From the NCBI RefSeq assembly GCF_048593235.1, contig NC_133619.1, positions 79,684,454-79,748,453 of the forward strand: a stretch of DNA of 64,000 nucleotides. Reading direction: 5' to 3'. A program made the position numbers and the translations under genes. The notes below the pieces were generated by a model. That model was not told the DNA's origin. It made no database searches and worked only from the letters and a program-made list of their open reading frames with translations. This stretch comes from Sminthopsis crassicaudata (lineage: Eukaryota). Positions 1-9,720 of the stretch are shown in pieces; within the stretch, counting starts at the first letter, position 1, and each line of letters begins with the position of its first letter.

Positions 1-693
1 TTATGCCCAAAAAGTTATCAAACTGTGCATACCCTTTGACCCAGCAGCGCTACTACTGGGATTATATCCCAAAGAAATACTAAAGAGTGGAAAGAGACAT
101 ATATGTGCCAAAATGTTTGTGGCAGCTCTTTTTGTTGTAGCTAGAAACTGGAAGATGAATGGATGTCCATCAGTTGGAGAATGGTTGGGTAAATTGTGGT
201 ATATGAAGATTATGGAATATTATTGCTCTGTAAGAAATGACCAGCAGGAGGAATACAGAGAGGCCTGGAGAGACTTAGGTCAACTGATGCTGAGTGAAAT
301 GAGCAGAACCAGAAGATCACTGTATACTTCAACAACAATACTGTATGAGGATGTATTCTGATGGAAGTGGAAATCTTCAACATAAAGAAGATCCAACTCA
401 CTTCCAGTTGATCAATGATGGACAGAAATAACTATACCCAGAGAAGGAACACTGGGAAGCGAATGTAAATTGTTAGCACTAATATCTGTCTGCCCAGGTT
501 GCATGTACCTTCGGAATCTAATGTTTATTGTGCAACAAGAAAATGATATTCACACACATGTATTGTACTTAGACTATATTGTAACACATGTAAAATGTTT
601 GGTATTGCCTGTCGTCGGGGGGAGGGAATAGAGGGAGGGGGGGCAATTTGGAAAAATGAATACAAGGGATAATATTATAAAATATATATATAA

Positions 694-721
<28 letters not shown>
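1..721 (+). mobile_element. LINE-1 3' end (ORF2 C-terminus, 3'UTR, poly-A tail); young marsupial L1, continues beyond the left window edge
   Basis: Frame 2..361 is open and reads as the L1 ORF2p C-terminus (..KLCIPFDPA..MFVAALFVVARNWK..CPSVGEWLGKLWYM..MEYY..). It is followed by a G-rich 3'UTR tract (617-643), AATAAA at 692-697 and an uninterrupted A-run to 721. Confidence 0.95.
2..361 (+). CDS. L1 ORF2p C-terminal fragment (retrotransposon-encoded, 5' part outside window)
   Basis: About 120 codons ending in a single terminal stop; includes ORF-track entry 113..361; typical L1 ORF2 C-terminal motifs. Confidence 0.85.
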   Translation, partial: YAQKVIKLCIPFDPAALLLGLYPKEILKSGKRHICAKMFVAALFVVARNWKMNGCPSVGEWLGKLWYMKIMEYYCSVRNDQQEEYREAWRDLGQLMLSEMSRTRRSLYTSTTILYEDVF

Positions 722-724
<3 letters not shown>

Positions 725-1579
725 GTTAGTAATGATGTTTCCATTGATCTTCAGCTTTCCATTATCAGCCTTCAGTTTGCCATAGTTAGAATCATATTGG
801 AATATATAAACTCTCTAGTTAAGGTCAATAAAAGGGTCATTGATGGTCATAATGAATATAGTCTTGGTCATAGGTGTCCAATATGGCCAAATTCAATAAC
901 TCAGATCTTCACTATCTTCTCTTAAGGAAGAGGCTACAACACTGAACTCTGGCAACAAGCTTGGGATATGAACTGAGAGCCCAGACACACAAGGTCTGAC
1001 TTTGAAATAGATGAAACCATGTGGAGCTGGTTTTTCTGCTTTTATTTAGTTCTTAGTGGAATGTTGGATTTCGTGCCATGAAATTACAGAAACTCCCAAA
1101 TGTAGATGAAATACAGAAACATGGATCTACACTATACCATACATCATGGAAAGCTAAGAATGTATTCAAGAGTTAGAGATAATCTTGCTAGATTGGCCTG
1201 GGAATACACTTGTTTTAAACCCCATTGAAAACCTATGGGCTCTAATCAAAGACAGACTTGGAAAAGAGAGTGTTTGTGAAAGGTACCCTTAATATTTCAT
1301 GTGATAAAAGTGTGGTTTTATGATGAAGAGTTTAAAAAATATGAGTCACAATTTTGTGAACTCAATGCCAAATGAGGTAAAACAATTGAGTGCACTTTCA
1401 TTTGCTATGTTTATGGCCATTTAAAGTATCTAGGCCTTGGTTTCCACATTTTAAAAATAAGAGGGTTGTTTTAGGTGGTTCTATTTAGTCCTCCATCTAT
1501 GAGCCTATTATTTCCTCAAACTGACCACCCAATGTTCCTATAACAACAGGATGTCAGGAAAGGACACATTCTAGTGAAA

Positions 1580-1832
1580 GAACTAGATGGAAGGTGGGTA
1601 GAGAATTGGCCCTGAAGTCAAGAAGACTCATTTTCCTAAGTTCAAATCTCTCCTCAGAGACCTACTAAGCTATGTGATTCTGGAAAAATCATGAGAATCT
1701 GCCTCAGTTCCCTCATTTGTAAAATGAGCTGGGGAAGAAAAAGACAAACCACTCTGGTGTCTTTTCCAAGAAAACCCCAAATAGGGTCATGAAGTGTCAG
1801 GCACTGAAACAATTCAATCTCAACAACAAAGT
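1580..1832 (+). mobile_element. MAR1-type CORE-SINE (tRNA head + CORE + RTE-like tail)
   Basis: CORE segment cctcagttccctcatttgtaaaatgagctgg followed by RTE/BovB-like tail aaaccactc..ccaagaaaaccccaaatagggtcatgaag..caacaac. Confidence 0.8.
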
Positions 1833-2573
1833 AAAGGACCACCAAAATGATGGGTCAGAAGTGTTTTCTTGGACTCAATTGTATCAATCAGCAGAGAACA
1901 GCAAGGGAATGCAGAGAGACAGTAGTAGCTGAAGGGGAAAATCAAGTACCCTCCCCCCTTCCCCATTTCAGTCCCCTGCTACATGTTTCCAGTTAGCCCC
2001 ATACTAATTACAGCTGCCAGTGGTGATTAGATTAGAGATGGTATGTATGGATGGGTAAGCAGTTGATCCATTTGCAATTGCTGTGTGACTGTTAGCCTAT
2101 GTCTTTTGAAAAATATGATATAGTACAAAGCTTGGGAGCTTTGGGATGAAAACATGCCAAATTACAAAATGGTTACTTTTCTTTTCCTATATTATTTTTG
2201 TAAAAGTAAAAACAGGTTTATTTTGCTGGTGGGTATGTGGAGTGGGAGCATTCCATGAGGCAGAACCTTTCTAGTTTATGTTTTATTGTTCTCTTTATGT
2301 TCAACTGGAATGAATGTTTGAGTGTTTGACTGTATCTTAGCCTTTTCCGAGAAACTCCTGCTAGATCTTACTTGCCTTTAATCGTGTGTTTGGCAGTCCA
2401 TGTTGTGCATATATAGCTAACAATATATCCTGTTCTATTAGTGACTTTGGCCTTCTGACTATTGCCTCGGTTCTGTTTCTAAAGGCCATTTAAAATACAT
2501 TTCTCCTTTTACTACATATTCAAATTTTATTCCTCTGGTTATGGAATCATAAATGGCTACATTCCATACATAC

Positions 2574-2760
2574 TGAAAATGAAGGGTATATCCGCATGTA
2601 TAAATCAAATGGCAATTGTTGTATTTTCCCCATTTGATTGTACTTGAGTTTTGGCTGGATGAGATTCCTTTGGGAGTCTGCTAACACTCTCCCATATCTG
2701 AATATGTAAAAGAGGCCCACACACAATGCCATTTGCAGCTGGACAATTATAAACCACATT
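2574..2760 (-). other. Candidate internal exon (unverified)
   Basis: Minus-strand acceptor tttatttcattttag| at 2760 and donor TCA|GTATGT at 2574; one frame open throughout (MWFIIVQLQMALCVGLFY..); no protein recognised. Confidence 0.2.
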
Positions 2761-3264
2761 CTAAAATGAAATAAAACTCCCTTCTTAATTCTAACAATGC
2801 TCAAGTGGATATGCATATTTTATACCCCATATGCTTAGTGTTAAATTCCTTTGTTCCAAAGTTTGGGAGCTCTGGTTTTTGGAAACTGAGGAACTAATCT
2901 TCATCTTTCTGTGTGGCTTTAATAAGGTACTACTGTTTGGGTCCTATTGCCTCATTTGTAAAAAAAGAAAGAAAGAAAAAAAAGAAACTAATAATCCTTA
3001 AGGACCAAACTTTCAGGGTGACCTCAGAAAGTTATGAAATTCCTGAGATAGCATACACCCTAGTTCTACAGCCTTTGTCATGGAAATGAACCTCTCTGTT
3101 GGTTTTCAATCCCCATGGGAGTTCAACTATATTGTATACAATGTATAGCATATACATATACATATGTATCAAATATATATATATATGTATAGTATAAATA
3201 CAATTGTGTGTTGTAAGGTTGAATACTATAAATATGTTATTATATGTCTACAATGCAGAGAGAG

Positions 3265-3665
3265 ACTACTTCAATTCCATTCCACAAATTTTTTTAAGTG
3301 TGTATTATATGTGAGGTTCAGGTTAGTGGATAGTAACAAATGAAAAAGAGCATGTCCTCTAGTAGTTTATATTCTTTTAAAAGGCTATACCATGTATATG
3401 AAAAAATAAATAATATTTTGGGAAGAGAGAGGCCACTAAGAAGAACTGAAAGGGGGTCAGGAAGTGTTATGAATTGGAAATGACATTTAAGCTCAGTCTT
3501 GAAGAAAACTATGGATTTGAAAATTGAGGCATGGTGGATGGCTTATGATTTATGACAATTCATGAAAGACCTGAGATGAAACAGTCAATGGACCAGGTTG
3601 TTTGGATTGTAGAGTTAGCAAAAGAAAGTAATTTGAAGTAAGTCTGGAAATGTGGATTGGCTCAA
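3265..3665 (-). mobile_element. L2 LINE fragment
   Basis: Reverse L2 3' end signature (ttccattccacaaattttttaagtg..tatgtg) followed by degenerate purine-rich L2 body. Confidence 0.65.
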
Positions 3666-3679
3666 ATCTGGTCTTTGTC

Positions 3680-3825
3680 AGTTAGTAGTTATGTGAGCTC
3701 ATAGCAAATCCCTTCTAGTCTCTTAATGTCAGGTTCCTCATCTGTAAAATGTGGATTACTTCAGAGGGTTGTTGTGAGGAAAATTCTGAAAATATCAATG
3801 CGCTGTTTAAATATGTGAGTTATCT
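3680..3825 (+). mobile_element. MIR SINE fragment
   Basis: CORE ttcctcatctgtaaaatg plus MIR tail agagggttgttgtgagg. Confidence 0.7.
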
Positions 3826-4070
3826 ATCTATCAACTATTCATCTATTCCTCTGTCTCTCATGTCTCTTTTTCTCTGTCTCTTTCTGTCTCTCTGTCTCTC
3901 AGTATCTCTGTCTCTGTCTCTCTCTTTCTCTCTTTGTGTGTGTGTCTGAACTTCTGTCTCTGTCCATCTTTCTCTCTCTTTGTATCTTTTTCTCCCTATA
4001 TATTTCTCTGTCTCTCTTCTGTCACTCTGTCTCTGTCTCTTTCTCAGACCCCTGTTTCTCTCTCCCCACC
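3826..4070. repeat. Degenerate (CT)/(CTGT) pyrimidine-rich low-complexity tract
   Basis: Directly visible tctctgtctc repeats. Confidence 0.9.
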
Positions 4071-4899
4071 AAAAGGAATATGACTACAGCAGCAAAAAGT
4101 TAAATTCCAAATCCCCAAAGTGAAACATTTAGAAATCACCTTCTTACACTTTCATGAGTGGCAGTAGTATTTAACAATAATAGTTATAGCAATTGCTTAT
4201 AGAGCCACAGTTCTCTTTGCTAACATTTTGGAAGTAAATGTACTTATTTGGGAGTAGTTAAACTTAATACAATTAGTAACAATCCTCTATTCTTATGAGC
4301 AACTTAAATATTTCAACCTGTTGTGGACCAGGTAAAGGGAAATAATACCTACTGCTCTCCCTAGAGCTGAAGTCTCCTTTACAGGGGGAGTGAAAAAATT
4401 TAACCAGTGTAAATCAATCACCACAAAGAGTAGACCAGAAGAGCTTAGAAATTCCCTCAGCCAAAAAAAAATTGTTGCTTTGCCAAGTGGAGAGATATGG
4501 CAGCCAAGGGCAATACCAGTTTAGAACATAAACTCATTTGTAAAATCTTAAGGGGAAGGATAGTAGAAGATTATGAGCAATATCATTCCATAAAACAGCA
4601 AGAAGCATAAAGGGAAAAACAAGTTTACAGAAAGCTTGGCAGGGGTCCCAATTAAGTCAGATTATCCTGGCAACATTAAAAAGCAGTTCAGGAAAGTAGA
4701 AAGCACATTGGCTCTCCATCTGAGAGCCTGGGTTTAAACTCTACTCCTGATCCTGGCTATTAGTGTTACCTGGTACAAGTCCCTTCATTTCTCCAAAGAA
4801 GACAATATGGAGGGAATATGAGAAAGACAAATTAATATATGTATAACAAGCTCTTTTCTTCATCAATGACAATGGCACTATCACCTTTCTACTCTGCTA

Positions 4900-5165
4900 T
4901 TATAATAGCTAATAATAAAAATGGCTAGCACTGAAAAAGTTCTTTAAAGCTTGGAAAATGCTTTTCCAGTATTACCTCATTTGAGCTTCATAACAACCCT
5001 GGGAGGTGGTTTATTTTTTTTCTGGGAGGTATTATTTTTCCAATTTTACAAATAAGAAAATTAAACAATTTGCCCACCACCACTTAGATAGGCTCCAAGG
5101 CAGCTATTTGGACTTAGGTTTTCCTGACTTGAGATCCAACACTATATCCATGTAACACAGTATCC
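4900..5165 (-). mobile_element. MIR SINE
   Basis: Reverse MIR: taataatagcta..cataacaaccctgggaggt..ttttacaaataagaaa..cctgact. Confidence 0.7.
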
Positions 5166-5583
5166 ACTATATAACCTAGCTGCTTTATCATGGTCCTTGA
5201 TGTGCAGAATAAGAAAAGGGAAATGAAAGAAAACAAAGATGGAATAAGCAGCTGGACTTGACCTAGTATTAATGGGACAAATCTGTAGTGGATATAATCC
5301 ACTACAGTGGATTTTTTTTTTTACAGTGAGAGTTTTTAGGGACTGAGTCTCAAAATTTCTGAAAGATGAGAGAACCATAAAGAACTTTAAAAAAACTTTA
5401 CAAACCACTCCTTTTTGAAATGGGGCAATTTAAATATTTTTAATAGTTTAATCTTGAGATCATAAGATCTGGTCTTGTGTCCCAACCTTGGTGACCTCAG
5501 TCAAGCTATGACCCCTCTTCAGTCTCAGTTTCTTCATTTGTAAAATCAGATACTGAATAGGTAACCTCTAAGATCTTTTAAAT

Positions 5584-5677
5584 CAAGGGCTCTCAAAGTG
5601 TGGTCCAGAGAATCAGGGGGGGTCTCTGAAACCCTTTCAGAGAGTCTATAAATTCAAAATTAGTTTTTATTTCTAAT
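5584..5677 (+). mobile_element. hAT-Charlie1-like MITE, left part
   Basis: caagggctctcaaagtgtggtcc..gggggtctctgaaaccctttcag..tcaaaa resembles the Charlie1 5' terminus; TIR-like end at 5584-5597. Confidence 0.75.
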
Positions 5678-6092
5678 TGTAATATCAGAAAAACTGAGGC
5701 AGAGTTTGATTTTTAATCTTTAATGTGGAGAGTTTAGGCTTGCTGATGAATGGGATTTTTTGTATAAGGTGTTTAAGACAGATAAATGAGGCAAGGAATT
5801 TATATAGGGTTTTATCTAACTAGGGCAGCTTGCAAATAGAATATATAAACTAAGTATACATTCTTATAGGGGAAACAAAGGCAGATAAGAGCAGGAGGTG
5901 AGGATACTGGAAGGATGGACAAGCCATAATTTCAGGAAAGGATCATAACTTAATCTTGACAGGATAGAGGTCAAGATAAGAAGGTTGAGGGCAGGAGACA
6001 TTGAAGTGAGGGGCAATACTCAAAAGGAGGGGGAAATATTCTAGCAATGATCAAAATGATGCACCTGGAGTTTATGACACAATGGTATGTAA
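5678..6092 (-). mobile_element. Solo LTR (outer), left part; ERV-like
   Basis: Begins TG (tgtaatatcagaaaaactgaggc); reverse strand carries an ATTAAA poly-A signal near this end; terminus similar to the LTR at 12030. Confidence 0.65.
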
Positions 6093-6720
6093 AGGTGGTG
6101 ATGAAGGAGAAGGGAAACTGTTCCCTTTACTGAAGCTGTGTTCCTTTTAAGATTATCACTCTGAAACTGTGTTTCCTTTTGATCTGTGATCCTTTTGGAG
6201 TGTCAGCCCCTCCTGGGGAAGGTATATTCCCCCAAGTAAGTTATCTTTCAGGGATGCCAGAGCCTTTGATTCAATTAGAAATCCTGGTCAGAAATCACAC
6301 CTTTGAAATGTTGTTCATTCCAATAGGAAATCTGGCCTGGATACTTATAAGGATCTAGACTGGGAACTTTGGCTTTGTGAAGCCTCAAGACTCCTTTTAA
6401 AGGGCAGTTTCTAAACTTACTCTTTGCAGAGGGCCAAGGAAGGATCATGCCAGGCCAAGGGACCTTTCTTTCCTTGGCATAGCTGCCTGCTAGGACCCTG
6501 CCCAATGAGAAGGCATTCTCTTTTCAGTGCCGGACTCTATTTCCCTAATAGGATTTTGCCACTATAGAAGTCAGTCTCTTAGCAAACTGGTTTCTATCCA
6601 ACAATAAACTTTCAGTTTTGCCATTAATATTTCAGGATAAGTGAATTCTTTCACTTTGAACCTGCCAGAGGACCAAAAGGGGATTTTAACAACTCTGTTA
6701 ATGCTACTTCATCACCACCA
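6093..6720 (+). mobile_element. Solo LTR (inner), nested in the outer LTR
   Basis: 13-bp terminal inverted repeat GGTGGTGATGAAG (6094-6106) / CTTCATCACCACC (6707-6719); ends in CA; internal AATAAA near 6604; flanks gtaa/ggaa resemble a 4-bp TSD with one mismatch. Confidence 0.65.
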
Positions 6721-6862
6721 GGAATCTAGGGGATACAAATGTCATCAGTCAGAGCCTCAAGGTGTTTCTCTAGGCTCTTTTGTTAAACTCAATTTCCAGT
6801 CCTAATGGTAAGGGAGGGGAGGGTGGCTATGGTTTTTTTTTTATTCAGGGTTCAACATAGCA
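6721..6862 (-). mobile_element. Solo LTR (outer), right part
   Basis: Segment between the inner LTR and the resumed Charlie sequence; ends in CA; flanks taat/tagt are a possible 4-bp TSD. Confidence 0.45.
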
Positions 6863-6971
6863 TAGTAAATACCTATAAAAATAAACATACATAAACAAAA
6901 ACTCTTTAAACAGATCCTCAATAATTTTTAGTAGTATGAAGATACTGAAAACAAAATTTTGAGAACCGCTA
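6863..6971 (+). mobile_element. hAT-Charlie1-like MITE, right part
   Basis: cataaacaaaaactcttt..tcctcaataattttt..tttgagaaccgcta resembles the Charlie1 3' terminus; TIR complementary to 5584-5597. Confidence 0.75.
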
Positions 6972-7379
6972 CTGACCCCTATGCGCACTTTGCCAACTCA
7001 AAAAAATCTTTTTGAGATTAATCAACTTGCATATCAAGGAAATCATGAATTAAAAAGATGAGAATGGAATAGGCAGGCTTTTGAAAGCAATAATCTATAA
7101 CAGACCACATCCTTGAAGTCATAATATTGACTAGAAGATACAGAAAAGACAAGATTCCATTATGTCTTCTTATTTATTTAGCATTAAAAGTTTTTGCTTT
7201 TCATTTCTTTGTTCTTCTCTGAACTCTACTCCTGACTCTCCAGACTGATCCAGCAGTGTTCTTATTTTGGAAGATCATCTACTTCTGTAGCCTCTCCCTT
7301 TTATTGGTCACTTCCTCCAGGAACTACCATTTTAAGAAAAATATGCAGGTTTACACTTTTAATCCTCTCTGGATTCTTC

Positions 7380-7570
7380 TGATTCTCCTGATTTCTTTCT
7401 CTACTGCCTCCCCTCGCTGGCAACTTTATTCAGTTTCTTTTTACATATTGTCTTCCTTCTTAAAATGTAAGCTCTCTGAGGTCAAGTATTGTCTTTATTT
7501 TTATTTGTTTTGTATTCCTTACATTTAGCACAAGGCATAGCCCACAATAAACCATGCTTGCTGACTTGAT
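7380..7570 (+). mobile_element. L2 3' end
   Basis: aatgtaagctctctgagg..attgtcttt..ttgtattcc..ttagcaca..gcttgctgact, typical L2 terminus. Confidence 0.75.
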
Positions 7571-7612
7571 AGAGCAAAAAAACAAGGTTGCTTTTAATCA
7601 ATGCCTAATTTA

Positions 7613-7790
7613 CTTAAAATATTATTTGTAGTTAAAAATCAAAACCAAAAATGGTTTGGAAATTCATATTTAACCAGCAAATGTAAAATACCACATTGCT
7701 CTCATGTAACTTTAATGATTGATAAGGTAAGGTGTTAAATACTTGCTAGAAGGTAATTTGTGGAGACATTTTAAAGACATCTTATTCATG
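7613..7790. repeat. Copy A of a diverged local duplicated element
   Basis: Aligns by eye to 8805-8960; ~90-bp core about 80% identical (aaataccaca..ttgctctc..tttaatgat..aggtaaggtgtta..tacttg..taatttgtg). Confidence 0.85.
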
Positions 7791-8804
7791 AATCAAAATC
7801 ACAAAAGAGTCCTTGAAAATGTAACAAAGATAACTTTGTTCAAGTCTATGATTATTAATAGCCAGACTCCATTAATATCACCCTGGATGGACTTCCCCAC
7901 TCCACCCCAAGATATTTAAGGAAGAACATGGACAAATCTCATAAAATGAGAGATTTAGACAGGTTGTAATCTTTATCATTGGAAGGAAGATCATTGAAGA
8001 AAGCTTCACATCTATCAAAAAATGGAATGACTGTTAGGAATAAGGAAGGGAATCATTCTAAATATATCTTGCCTTCCTCAGAATGGAATAAACCATCTAC
8101 TAAGCTTTTGCCCTGAAATTAGCAAAAGTTTGCCCTTATTTGCTGCCTTTTTAAAACCTATTTCCCCTCCCTGCCCTCTCCTTTCAAAGTTTACTTGTCC
8201 TGTCCTAGGGTCTTAGATCTTTGCCAGAAAGCTGATAAATGAACTCTGTGATAATGGGTTATCCTTCCTGAGAATTTACATTGAAATGTGGACTCATAAA
8301 GAAAATGCCTTTACCCAAAGGAGTAAGGTGAGGTTTGAAGCCAGTGGCAGACTAGTGGGAGAGGGATTTGGAGATATGCAGCCTTTGGCCAGAGCATGGC
8401 CCTCTGGGTGTCTCTTAATCACTCCCTTCTCTGTGGATTATATTCTAAAGCTGTCTCAACTCCAGCTTTTAATTAGCAATTAACTCTTGTCAATGGCAAG
8501 AAAGAGTAAATCTTCTGAATGTAATATTAGAGGCAGGGAGGTTCATTGCCACTGCTGGACTATAAGAGGAAGATTTAAAATCAACTTTTTTTCCCCTAAG
8601 CTTTTTTTTTTTTTTTTGATATTATAATAAATGATTTAAGAGCTCAAAATCTCCTAGCTGTGTTAGACAGAACATGTATAAAATGGAGTCCCTGGAGACT
8701 TAGGTACCTTTAGGTTAATACTTAGGGCTTTGGAATGAAATTAGTGAAGCACTGTTGTAGGATAGAGGAGAATTGTAAAGTGTCACTTACAGTAGTCACT
8801 ACTT

Positions 8805-8960
8805 CTTAAAATATTAAGACTGAAACTGATTTGAAAGGTCATATTCAACCGAGGAATGAGAAATACCACACTTTGCTCTCGTGCAGTTTTAATGATGGAT
8901 AGGTAAGGTGTTAGGTACTTGTTATGAGCTAATTTGTGAAGATGGTTTTAAGGCTTATTA
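8805..8960. repeat. Copy B of a diverged local duplicated element
   Basis: Homologous to 7613-7790, same orientation, ~1.18 kb downstream. Confidence 0.85.
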
Positions 8961-9084
8961 AGGAAGGAAGTTGCCGCTGTTATTAATCAGCCACTGTTTT
9001 CCATAAGGAGTCCCTGTAACTGAGTTGGCTGATAAATACTGCATCCCTTTTTCTGTAGTTAGCTCAATTTGCATTTCATGTATC
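8958..9084 (-). other. Candidate downstream or terminal exon (unverified)
   Basis: Good acceptor aagttctttctttgtatgcatttcag| at 9084; the three frames give DT*, GYMKCKLS* or IHEMQIELT..NFLP* (stop ends at 8958). Confidence 0.25.
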
Positions 9085-9203
9085 CTGAAATGCATACAAA
9101 GAAAGAACTTGACTTTGCTCTCTTGTTTAGGCAGTATCATCTATGCTGATGGGATCTCAGAAGTACCCTGCTACATGTCCAAGGTCTGAGTTTGTAAAAT
9201 ATA

Positions 9204-9265
9204 TTTAGAGAAATTATGAAAGTAGTAGCGAATGTTTAGAGAAATTATAAAAGTAGTAGCAATTA
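9204..9265. repeat. 31-bp tandem duplication
   Basis: tttagagaaattatgaaagtagtagc (9204) repeated as tttagagaaattataaaagtagtagc (9235). Confidence 0.9.
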
Positions 9266-9720
9266 TCTGCGTAGATTTAAACTTGCAAAACATTTAACAT
9301 GTTTTGAGCCTCATCAAAATCACCTTGAGGAAGATGCAATTTTTATCCTCATTTCACACATGAGGGAACTGAGGCTTAAAAAAAGGTTAGAAAGCCAACA
9401 AGTGTCTGAGATGGGAATTAGAGCCCAGATTTCTAAATCTAGCACTCTATAACTGACTGTCTCCATGGCCAGCTGTAGAATGGGTATAGATATAGAATAT
9501 ATCTATACAATAGGTTGGAGTCTAGAAGAGCTGAATTCAAGTCTAGAAATACTAATTGTGTGACATCCTTTTACCTCTCTTAGCTTTCAATTTGCTCATC
9601 TATAAAATAGGGATAATAACAGCACTTATTTCAAATAGATGAGGTTGAAATGAGATAATATGTACAAAAGGCTATGCAAATCTTAAACTACTATATACAT
9701 TCCATTGAACCACAGCAACA
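9266..9720. mobile_element. Two MIR SINEs (9266-9460 minus; 9505-9720 plus)
   Basis: CORE motifs (atgagggaactgagg; ctcatctataaaataggg) and MIR tails. Confidence 0.65.

Noticed and set aside
4999-5030. ctgggaggt repeated around a T-rich spacer as a TPRT scar
   Set aside because: It lacks an endonuclease-like site and lies within a MIR; better explained as a small tandem duplication.
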